Source of the DNA: Bacillus phage PBC2
DNA length: 24,000 nucleotides
Direction: 5' to 3' (one strand)
Sequence record: KT070867.1
A model generated the notes under the pieces. That model did not search any database. It saw only the letters and a list, made by a program, of their open reading frames with translations, and was not told the DNA's origin. Each line of letters opens with the position of its first letter. The first letter of the stretch is position 1. Shown piece by piece: positions 1 through 6,769 of this stretch. The position numbers and the translations under genes are program-made.

Positions 1-22
1 GAATGACATTTTAGCAGGTGAG

Positions 23-256
23 ATGCGAATGTTTTACTTGCCAGAAGGTACATATGCTTGGACTAAGATGTGGGATTATGGTGGCGAACATGGATTGAGC
101 ATACTGGTTTCTCCTTCACCGCTCAATGTGGAAGAGATGCAAGCGAAAAAGAATGCTGATAGAATTGATGAGATTATCGAAATATTAAAAAGTAAAGACG
201 GTAGTATCATTGATGTATTTGAAGCATTGCATAACTTAAAGAAATGGGTGAATTAA
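23..256 (+). CDS. Hypothetical protein, probably truncated by the left window edge (frame stays open to position 2)
   Basis: ORF; open upstream to the edge; next gene starts 2 nt after its stop. Confidence 0.55.
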   Translation: MRMFYLPEGTYAWTKMWDYGGEHGLSILVSPSPLNVEEMQAKKNADRIDEIIEILKSKDGSIIDVFEALHNLKKWVN

Positions 257-257
257 T

Positions 258-476
258 ATGGAAAAATTAAATATTAAAGTTGGAGCAAAAGCAAAGGCAA
301 TCGAATCGGAGTGGCATGCGTTTGCAGATGGAGCAGAGATTGAATTTTTAGGGTATGGAGATATCGTTAACGATGAGGAATATTATGAATATAAATTCAA
401 AGGTATGCGTGAAGATACAGGCAAAGAGGGCGTGCAATATTTAGAAGCTGATGAATTTATTCTAGTAGGAGAATAG
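258..476 (+). CDS. Small hypothetical protein, 72 aa
   Basis: ORF packed tightly between neighbours on the same strand. Confidence 0.65.
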   Translation: MEKLNIKVGAKAKAIESEWHAFADGAEIEFLGYGDIVNDEEYYEYKFKGMREDTGKEGVQYLEADEFILVGE

Positions 477-483
477 GAGAGAT

Positions 484-645
484 ATGATGCAGATAGGTAG
501 GTTTAAGATTCATCGTAAAGAGCAGTGGGATTTAGATGTTAAACCTATCTTTTGCATCCATATGTATTATGATGGTGGAAATGGATGCAAAAGAATCTTA
601 TGCCTATGGCGTGAAGGATATAAAATAAAAACGATATGGAGCTGA
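484..645 (+). CDS. Small hypothetical protein (MMQIGRFKIHRKEQWDLDVKPIFCIHMYYDGGNGCKRILCLWREGYKIKTIWS), absent from the ORF track
   Basis: AGGAGAATAGGAG Shine-Dalgarno region upstream; fills the gap between adjacent ORFs. Confidence 0.55.
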   Translation: MMQIGRFKIHRKEQWDLDVKPIFCIHMYYDGGNGCKRILCLWREGYKIKTIWS

Positions 646-649
646 TTAG

Positions 650-967
650 ATGCCACACATTGATGGGTATGCAGATTTTTTAGTAGAAGATATTAGAGTT
701 AACTTAGGATACGATGCAAAAGATTCTAGTCATGATGATGAAGTCTTGGCTAAACTCACCGCAGGTGAGAAGATATCAAAATCGAAGCATCTTCAACCAC
801 AGCTTATTAAAGTTACAACAGAACAGCATAATGTTATTAAGTTGTTACCAAAAAATACTTCCGAATGGAAGTCTATATGGAGAAGAGTTTTACTAAAGAA
901 AAATGTTGACCCTGTTGCAATTGAGAGAATAATCAATGGTGACAGATACATAGTAGAAGATGAATAA
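650..967 (+). CDS. Hypothetical protein, 105 aa
   Basis: ORF on the common strand. Confidence 0.55.
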   Translation: MPHIDGYADFLVEDIRVNLGYDAKDSSHDDEVLAKLTAGEKISKSKHLQPQLIKVTTEQHNVIKLLPKNTSEWKSIWRRVLLKKNVDPVAIERIINGDRYIVEDE

Positions 968-997
968 AATAACATTTTTATAAAGGAGATTGATATT

Positions 998-1225
998 ATG
1001 TTAAATGCAAAAGTTATTTTAGATAAAGGAAATGGAACACAAGATGAACTACCTTTAAGTATTGTATCTTTAAATGGTGTGAAAGTAAAAGAGATAGTAT
1101 TTAAAAGATTAAATAGTAGTATTTTAGCTGAATATAAATATGTGAGAGAAAATGATGATGATGAATACATAGTAATGGTAATTAATACAGATAAAGTTAT
1201 TTCAATTGTAAGTTATTATGAATAA
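998..1225 (+). CDS. Small hypothetical protein, 75 aa
   Basis: AAAGGAG RBS about 11 nt upstream of the ATG. Confidence 0.7.
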   Translation: MLNAKVILDKGNGTQDELPLSIVSLNGVKVKEIVFKRLNSSILAEYKYVRENDDDEYIVMVINTDKVISIVSYYE

Positions 1226-1243
1226 AATGATACTTTTCTACAG

Positions 1244-1272
1244 TTGACAAATATAAAAATTAATGATATATT
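1244..1272 (+). promoter_or_regulatory. SigmaA-like promoter TTGACA-N17-TATATT
   Basis: Matches the repeated promoter pattern in this window, including TTAATGA before the -10; precedes the 1304 gene. Confidence 0.85.
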
Positions 1273-1303
1273 ATTATCATAACATAAAGGAAGGATGATG
1301 AGT

Positions 1304-1618
1304 ATGTCCTTGAAGTTGAATAGTGATGGATTGATTGTTGTAGATGATGTCGTAGCAGTAGAACAGTTTGGTGAAATACAATATTATACTACAACAGTGT
1401 CAATAGATGAGCTTTATAGCATACATGACAAGTTAACATATGATGGCAATGCCCAGCGAGGTGAAATTGATGGTAAGCCAGAAATAGATAAGTCCCATGT
1501 CCAAGATATTTATGATGCGATTATAGATGGGAGCAGTATCAGAGGTCATTTGACATGGAATATGAGAAAGTTGGGTGACAATGCGAATTTTGAATACGAT
1601 GAGGAAACAAAAAGTTAA
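1304..1618 (+). CDS. N-terminal part of a DGQHR/DndB-like protein; continues in another frame at 1633..2409
   Basis: ORF track starts at 1295, but ATG 1304 is better spaced from AAAGGAAGG. Contains YDGNAQRGEI...KPEIDKSHVQDIYDAI. Confidence 0.6.
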   Translation: MSLKLNSDGLIVVDDVVAVEQFGEIQYYTTTVSIDELYSIHDKLTYDGNAQRGEIDGKPEIDKSHVQDIYDAIIDGSSIRGHLTWNMRKLGDNANFEYDEETKS

Positions 1619-1632
1619 AACTTAAAAATCAA

Positions 1633-2409
1633 TTGATAACAATTCCAGATTCCGCACATAGACATGAAGCATTGAAAATGATTGGAGAAAAAATTGACGA
1701 TGATTCAATTTTGTCTTCTAGATTCTCATTGGATATTTTTAATTTAACATTGACAGAAGAAAAGGAATTATTTAGTACAGTAAATGGGAAAGTGAAAACG
1801 CCACATAAAAACAGAATACTATATCTATCAAATGATATAGAATGCAAACTGCTTCGTGAAATAATCGCACAATCAGATTTAGATGGTAAAATTGAATGTG
1901 TTAGAAACAACGCATACAAAGACGGCAAATTAACAAAATTTTCTACTCTATATGATTCTTTATTTGGTCAATCTGGTGTTTATGGGGCAGGTCATATAAC
2001 AGATGATAATTATGAAGAATATCTCTCATGGCTCACAGAGTTTTATAATGAGTTATTAAAGACAAGAGAAGACTTCAACATGCTTACAAGTGAACAGAAG
2101 GCAAATAGCAAACAAAAAAGTATGGCATTAGAAGAATTGTCTTGGTGGGGATATGCAACGTTGGCTGAAAAATTAAAAGGAATTAGGAAGTGGAAATCTA
2201 GTTTAAATACAAAGATGAATAAAACGATTAAAGTTGATGGAGGAATTTCTACTCATTTCCTAGACAAATCACTACCTATTTGGCACGCAACAGTTATAAA
2301 GCCGAAATACAATTTTATAACTAAAACGCAGGAAATTGGCACAAGTGTTACTAATAGCAATGCCACAAGAAACTCTATTAAAAAGATTTTTTATGTAACA
2401 TTGTTTTAA
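1633..2409 (+). CDS. C-terminal part of the DGQHR/DndB-like protein, joined to 1304..1618 by a one-base shift
   Basis: LITIPDSAHRHEALKMIGE resembles the DGQHR signature region; no ATG or good RBS at the apparent TTG start; upstream frame reads NKKLKLKNQ and continues DEET(K) from the previous ORF. Confidence 0.6.
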   Translation: MITIPDSAHRHEALKMIGEKIDDDSILSSRFSLDIFNLTLTEEKELFSTVNGKVKTPHKNRILYLSNDIECKLLREIIAQSDLDGKIECVRNNAYKDGKLTKFSTLYDSLFGQSGVYGAGHITDDNYEEYLSWLTEFYNELLKTREDFNMLTSEQKANSKQKSMALEELSWWGYATLAEKLKGIRKWKSSLNTKMNKTIKVDGGISTHFLDKSLPIWHATVIKPKYNFITKTQEIGTSVTNSNATRNSIKKIFYVTLF

Positions 2410-2420
2410 TTAGATGAATT

Positions 2421-2442
2421 GAGGATATTTAATTATATCCTC
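2421..2442 (+). other. Perfect stem-loop, possible weak terminator
   Basis: GAGGATAT-TTAATT-ATATCCTC just after the 2409 stop; followed by only a short T-rich stretch. Confidence 0.5.
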
Positions 2443-2487
2443 TTATACATAATTGATAAAAGGATAATTTTATAAGGAGGAATCATT

Positions 2488-2667
2488 ATGTATAGTGAAG
2501 AATTTAAACAATATTTAGAAGTTTTGTTAGAAAATAAGAAAGTAATTATTCCAGAAAAAGACAACCATCTTTTAAATACGATGGATGCACATCTTGAAGA
2601 TGAGGGCTATATTTTCTCATGGAGTCAAAATGTTGCAGGTGACGTATTGTTTATTATTCATGATTAG
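2488..2667 (+). CDS. Small hypothetical protein, 59 aa, absent from the ORF track
   Basis: AAGGAGG RBS about 8 nt before the ATG; MYSEEFKQYLEVLLENKKVIIPEKDNHLLNTMDAHLEDEGYIFSWSQNVAGDVLFIIHD. Confidence 0.7.
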   Translation: MYSEEFKQYLEVLLENKKVIIPEKDNHLLNTMDAHLEDEGYIFSWSQNVAGDVLFIIHD

Positions 2668-2678
2668 GAGATGATAGT

Positions 2679-2768
2679 ATGGAAGTTTATACAACGGTAA
2701 GCAATTATTATGGAACTGTGCACGTATATGAAGATGATGGCAAGTATTATTTAGCATTAGATGATTGA
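2679..2768 (+). CDS. Very small ORF, 29 aa (MEVYTTVSNYYGTVHVYEDDGKYYLALDD)
   Basis: TTAGGAG upstream of the ATG; stop overlaps the next small ORF. Confidence 0.45.
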   Translation: MEVYTTVSNYYGTVHVYEDDGKYYLALDD

Positions 2769-2832
2769 GGTAGCGCAAGAAGTTAGTAAAGAGTTTTACG
2801 ATGCATTTGTGAAAGAGTTTGAAGGTAAATGA
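2761..2832 (+). CDS. Very small ORF, 23 aa (MIEVAQEVSKEFYDAFVKEFEGK)
   Basis: Overlaps the previous ORF and the next start. Confidence 0.35.
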   Translation: MIEVAQEVSKEFYDAFVKEFEGK

Positions 2833-3008
2833 TGAAAGATTGGCAGAAAGGTATTTTAGAAAATTTATATGATTTAGCTAATACGTATTATACTGAACGT
2901 ACCGCAAACGGTGCGCTCACAATCCCAGACAATCAACCAGAGAAAGAGTTTATACAAGAGGTTTTTCAAGCTTGCTATTACATATTAGAAGAACCAAATA
3001 ATAATTAA
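2832..3008 (+). CDS. Small hypothetical protein, 58 aa, absent from the ORF track
   Basis: Start overlaps the previous stop (TGATG); MKDWQKGILENLYDLANTYYTERTANGALTIPDNQPEKEFIQEVFQACYYILEEPNNN. Confidence 0.6.
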   Translation: MKDWQKGILENLYDLANTYYTERTANGALTIPDNQPEKEFIQEVFQACYYILEEPNNN

Positions 3009-3020
3009 GGGGAGAATAAC

Positions 3021-3278
3021 ATGAAATTTATAAACATTAATATATTCAAAAAAGGTCATAAAACCTTGGAAACAGGTGTCGAAACATGGGTTGTGCGATG
3101 GAATCAGCGACATGGGGAATTTCATCATGATGTTAAAGAGACTGCACAATTTTTTACAGACCCAGAAGAAGCAAAAGAGTTTGAAAATTCTTTAAAGAGA
3201 GCTAATAAATTGTTAGGGCATACTTGTGATGTGATGACTTGGACTAAATGTGAGAAAGTGAGTAATAATGGATTATGA
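3021..3278 (+). CDS. Hypothetical protein, 85 aa
   Basis: AAGGGGAG RBS upstream; tight packing. Confidence 0.7.
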   Translation: MKFININIFKKGHKTLETGVETWVVRWNQRHGEFHHDVKETAQFFTDPEEAKEFENSLKRANKLLGHTCDVMTWTKCEKVSNNGL

Positions 3279-3448
3279 TAGAAATTGGAGATATTGTTGA
3301 AGAGAAGGATTCTGGTGTATTAGGTGTAGTTACTGATATTACTGATGGTCATTATACAGCAGAAAGAGAGATTTGGGTTAGATGGGACGATACTAAAGAG
3401 ATAGCATGGATAGTAGAGTGCGAAGTGTCATTATATTCTAAGGGGTGA
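3275..3448 (+). CDS. Small hypothetical protein, 57 aa, absent from the ORF track
   Basis: ATGA overlap with the 3278 stop; MIEIGDIVEEKDSGVLGVVTDITDGHYTAEREIWVRWDDTKEIAWIVECEVSLYSKG. Confidence 0.6.
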   Translation: MIEIGDIVEEKDSGVLGVVTDITDGHYTAEREIWVRWDDTKEIAWIVECEVSLYSKG

Positions 3449-3452
3449 TAAT

Positions 3453-3647
3453 ATGTGGGGATGGAAGCCTACATTTTGGGAAGGTGTAATGTTAATACTG
3501 CTTATAATTCTTTCTAATATAGTTAGTCTCCCTTGTTTCCTATTGCAATTAATGGGATTCAAAGCCAAGAGGTACGCAAAATGGTTGTGTAAAAATAGCT
3601 TAGACCAATTAACATTCTTTTACGATATAAAAGTTTATAAAGATTAA
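3453..3647 (+). CDS. Small membrane protein
   Basis: Hydrophobic stretch GVMLILLIILSNIVSLPCFLLQLMGF. Confidence 0.6.
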   Translation: MWGWKPTFWEGVMLILLIILSNIVSLPCFLLQLMGFKAKRYAKWLCKNSLDQLTFFYDIKVYKD

Positions 3648-3655
3648 AAAAGATG

Positions 3656-3684
3656 TTTACAAAAGCAAATAATAATGGTATATT
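3656..3684 (+). promoter_or_regulatory. SigmaA-like promoter TTTACA-N17-TATATT
   Basis: Spacer AAAGCAAATAATAATGG matches the repeated promoter pattern; the ORF-track start at 3675 falls inside it. Confidence 0.8.
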
Positions 3685-3704
3685 ATAACCAAGGAGGACA
3701 AGCA

Positions 3705-4100
3705 ATGAAAGAATCAGTAACAGTCATCTTGACTACAAAGAAAGTTGGCAAGCCAGAAGATTACATTCACATCCCTCTAGTGAGAGATGGTAAGGCACTT
3801 GGAGTTGTAATGAGTGCAGTAGAGAAAGAAGATATGTATGAACTAACAGCAAAGCTCTGGACGAACACAGATTTAGAAATTGTCGATAGCCAAGCGCAAT
3901 CGTATTTGGAGGTAGAGCAAATGACATTAATCGTTAACTTTGGTGAGTATGAATTTACTAGATTTGATGATGCAGTACGAGTATTGCAGGATGATTACGG
4001 TTATGAAGGTCTGGCATGGGATATGGTAGTTGCAAGTGATGATTTTGAAATCCTAGCAGACTTCTTAGTTTCAGATGGATTAGATGCAGAGATTGAATAA
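3705..4100 (+). CDS. Acidic hypothetical protein
   Basis: AAGGAGG RBS at about 3691 before ATG 3705; start corrected from 3675. Confidence 0.75.
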   Translation: MKESVTVILTTKKVGKPEDYIHIPLVRDGKALGVVMSAVEKEDMYELTAKLWTNTDLEIVDSQAQSYLEVEQMTLIVNFGEYEFTRFDDAVRVLQDDYGYEGLAWDMVVASDDFEILADFLVSDGLDAEIE

Positions 4101-4135
4101 AATAATGTTTTTATCAAACAAAAGGAGAGATTTTA

Positions 4136-4354
4136 ATGTTTAAATTACCATATAAATTCACATTTCATTATAATGATGACAAGGGAACGTTGTTTACTGG
4201 TCAAATGTCAATAAATAGACCAAGCGGTGAGGTAATCTGCATTGTAATGTGGGAAAAAGATGGAGAGCTTACAGGTGTTACATATCCAGAAGATGTTGTA
4301 AAAGAACATTTTGCAAGTGAAGCTTGGACAATTGTTGATATCTTATCAAATTAA
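4136..4354 (+). CDS. Small hypothetical protein, 72 aa
   Basis: AAAGGAGAG RBS upstream. Confidence 0.75.
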   Translation: MFKLPYKFTFHYNDDKGTLFTGQMSINRPSGEVICIVMWEKDGELTGVTYPEDVVKEHFASEAWTIVDILSN

Positions 4355-4374
4355 AACAAAAGGGAGAGATTAAA

Positions 4375-4686
4375 ATGAATCAAGCACAAGTAGAAGAGTT
4401 AGTATTTGAAGTGGAAAGCTATTTAGAAGCACAGGATTTAGATTACAGCGTGAGCGTAGGCAGTCACAATGATGGCGAGATTACAGTTTCAGTTGAAGCT
4501 TGGGAAGTAACAGACGATACAAGAGGTTGTTTACAAGAAATAATTAGTTTAGTAGAAGGTGAATTTACAGAGTTAGTAGAAGAAGATATTGAGTGCTACG
4601 AAATGGTTATGGTTACATTCCGAGTAACAGACTTTGAAGTAGATAAAGAAGACGCAGAAGATGAGTGGGAGGAAGACTATGAGTAA
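4375..4686 (+). CDS. Strongly acidic small protein, 103 aa
   Basis: AAAGGGAGAG RBS; C-terminus DFEVDKEDAEDEWEEDYE. Confidence 0.75.
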   Translation: MNQAQVEELVFEVESYLEAQDLDYSVSVGSHNDGEITVSVEAWEVTDDTRGCLQEIISLVEGEFTELVEEDIECYEMVMVTFRVTDFEVDKEDAEDEWEEDYE

Positions 4687-5131
4687 ACTTAGAAAAGGCA
4701 ACAGGGTTATTCCTAAGAGTGTAATACCAGTGCTAGATGTAGTAAGTTGCGACCCTTTTACCTTCAATAATAGAGAGTGTGTGCAATTAGAAGGTTTTGA
4801 GGGTGGATATAGCGTAGAAAGTTTGTTAAAAGTTGGAGAGTTTAGCGATGGTTATCATACATTCAACGAACTATACTATCATCGTATGATTCTATTCAAA
4901 GTAATCTGTGACGTATACAAAGATAAAGCATGGAAGTCTTGGAAACATGATGATGGGTCGATGTTTGACCACTCATTTATCGTTGGTGTAACTACACCAG
5001 AAGGTCAATATACATATCATTATAATGAAGAATATTATGACTTATTTGATGTGAAAGAATTAGAATTTGCACCGCCATATGACGGACACAAACCAGAAGA
5101 TATTACTAGATTATTAACATTAGGAGAGTGA
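4679..5131 (+). CDS. Conserved-looking phage hypothetical protein
   Basis: GGGAGG RBS before ATG 4679; overlaps the previous stop. Contains DGYHTFNELYYHR, HDDGSMFD and PPYDGHKPED. Confidence 0.75.
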   Translation: MSKLRKGNRVIPKSVIPVLDVVSCDPFTFNNRECVQLEGFEGGYSVESLLKVGEFSDGYHTFNELYYHRMILFKVICDVYKDKAWKSWKHDDGSMFDHSFIVGVTTPEGQYTYHYNEEYYDLFDVKELEFAPPYDGHKPEDITRLLTLGE

Positions 5132-5136
5132 AAATA

Positions 5137-5625
5137 ATGGGAGTAAGAGAGACAGATAAATTTATTTTCTTTTGGATGGGCGATAGTATTTACTCAAATT
5201 TCAATTTATCATCATTCGAACATCAAGGATTGCTATTTTTTTGCTCAGAGCAGGCAGTAATGTATCGCAAGGCTATGTTATTTGGTGCAACGAAAGTTGC
5301 ACAGGAGATTTTAGAAGCAGATACACCAAGTTATTGCAAGTTGCTAGGGCGAAGTAATGAAATACCATTTAAAGAGAACATCTGGAAACAGAATCGTGAA
5401 AAAATTTATAAAGAAGTTTTAATGGATAAGTTTTCTGTGCCATTCTTAAAGAAGCAAATTCTTTCCACAGGTAATAAAATGCTAGTTGAAGCAAGCCCAT
5501 CTGATAGAATTTGGGGAATTGGAATGCATCAAAATCACCCAGACGTAGAAAATCCTTCTAAATGGAAAGGCATGAATCTATTAGGGAAAGTGTTAATGGA
5601 AGTACGAGAAGAGTTACGTAAATAA
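5137..5625 (+). CDS. NADAR-superfamily (YbiA/DUF1768-like) protein
   Basis: Family-like motifs in order: FFWMGDSIYSNF, CSEQAVMYRKAMLF, LGR, W...NREKIYKEVLMDKF, LVEASPSDRIWGIGM, W.GMNLLGKVLMEVREEL. Confidence 0.9.
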   Translation: MGVRETDKFIFFWMGDSIYSNFNLSSFEHQGLLFFCSEQAVMYRKAMLFGATKVAQEILEADTPSYCKLLGRSNEIPFKENIWKQNREKIYKEVLMDKFSVPFLKKQILSTGNKMLVEASPSDRIWGIGMHQNHPDVENPSKWKGMNLLGKVLMEVREELRK

Positions 5626-5645
5626 CATACAGGGGGAAATGCATA

Positions 5646-5999
5646 ATGAAAGTTGAAATCGGCTGTGATAATTGTGAAACATACGAAATGGTAACGAAAG
5701 GTAGCAATGCACACAAAGCAAATCTATGTCATGGATGTTTCCACGATATGAAAGAGAGTACGATTGAGAAAGCGTTACGCCATCGCTTTGAAGCGCATGG
5801 TATCCCATATGATAATATTGACCCAGAAATGATTGAGATGCTAGATGTGTTGAATTTTGAACTAGGATTACAAACGAAGTTTTGTTGCTTCGGTCATAAA
5901 GATGGTGAATCATTCAGTGTTATGTTTCATGAGTCTGTGACGGATGAGCAAATTATGAAGTTAGCAGAACACACAGGTTTGGATAAAGTACATATGTAA
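5646..5999 (+). CDS. Hypothetical Cys-rich (zinc-binding?) protein; probably continues by a one-base shift to 6139
   Basis: CDNC...CHGC and FCCFGHKDGESFSVMF; the adjacent frame continues STYVTFSKWLRWSPIQANWIMESG... Confidence 0.7.
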   Translation: MKVEIGCDNCETYEMVTKGSNAHKANLCHGCFHDMKESTIEKALRHRFEAHGIPYDNIDPEMIEMLDVLNFELGLQTKFCCFGHKDGESFSVMFHESVTDEQIMKLAEHTGLDKVHM

Positions 6000-6139
6000 C
6001 ATTTAGCAAGTGGTTGCGTTGGAGTCCTATACAGGCTAATTGGATTATGGAGTCTGGTATGAGATGGAAAGCAGATGACCCATATAAGAAAGTGCATTTA
6101 GACCAAATCACAAAATTATTGAGAAAGTATGAGGTGTAA
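5987..6139 (+). CDS. C-terminal continuation of 5646..5999 in the next frame
   Basis: Open frame without a good start: STYVTFSKWLRWSPIQANWIMESGMRWKADDPYKKVHLDQITKLLRKYEV; stop TAA 6137-6139 directly before the next gene. Confidence 0.55.
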   Translation, partial: STYVTFSKWLRWSPIQANWIMESGMRWKADDPYKKVHLDQITKLLRKYEV

Positions 6140-6142
6140 GTT

Positions 6143-6676
6143 ATGATTCGAAAAGACCAATTAGAATCAATTGATTATTTAGTAGAGAATTATCGTAAAG
6201 ATTTAATTAGGGCTACAAAGTTAGAAAACGAAGCGAATGAAACTAAACTCAAAAAGATTGTGGAAGAGTATGTACATCTGTTTGCATATCTAAACACTCC
6301 TAGCGTAGAGGATAAATATGTAGTGAATGCAGTAGCAGAAAAAGCGGATATTGTGAAGGCAAAATTAAAACAAGAAGGTCTTGGAACGAATCAAATACAT
6401 GCTCTATACCCATTTGGCTTTGCAAAAAATGAGAATAAACTTGTTGAGGAATGTATGCATGCGCAAGCTAGAACAGGGAGAAATGTAGTAGTAAAATGCA
6501 ATCCTGTTTATTTTGACACATATTTCAAGGGTACATATAAGGCTTCTACGATTGGATATTCTGGTTACATCGGTACGATTGCAGGTGTTTCAATCGGTAC
6601 GATTGCAGGTGTTTCAATTGAACTTGATGAAAATATATATAGCTATATTATTGAATTTGCAGAGGATAAGGAATGA
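6143..6676 (+). CDS. Hypothetical protein with an in-frame 8-aa tandem duplication
   Basis: ORF; contains IGTIAGVSIGTIAGVS. Confidence 0.75.
   Translation: MIRKDQLESIDYLVENYRKDLIRATKLENEANETKLKKIVEEYVHLFAYLNTPSVEDKYVVNAVAEKADIVKAKLKQEGLGTNQIHALYPFGFAKNENKLVEECMHAQARTGRNVVVKCNPVYFDTYFKGTYKASTIGYSGYIGTIAGVSIGTIAGVSIELDENIYSYIIEFAEDKE
6569..6616 (+). repeat. Perfect 24-bp tandem repeat, 2 copies (atcggtacgattgcaggtgtttca)
   Basis: Copies at 6569-6592 and 6593-6616 are identical. Confidence 0.97.
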
Positions 6677-6699
6677 TGAAAATCATTCCTTCTTTTTTC
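6668..6699 (+). terminator. Rho-independent terminator
   Basis: AAGGAATGAT-GAAA-ATCATTCCTT followed by CTTTTTTC; overlaps the stop codon of 6143..6676. Confidence 0.93.
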
Positions 6700-6710
6700 T
6701 ACAAACTCTG

Positions 6711-6739
6711 TTGACAGAAGAAAATGATAATGATATAAT
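6711..6739 (+). promoter_or_regulatory. SigmaA-like promoter TTGACA-N17-TATAAT
   Basis: Perfect -35 and -10 with an extended TG; follows a terminator and precedes 6770. Confidence 0.95.
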
Positions 6740-6769
6740 GAGAGAGTAATAAAGAAAGGATGATTAAAT

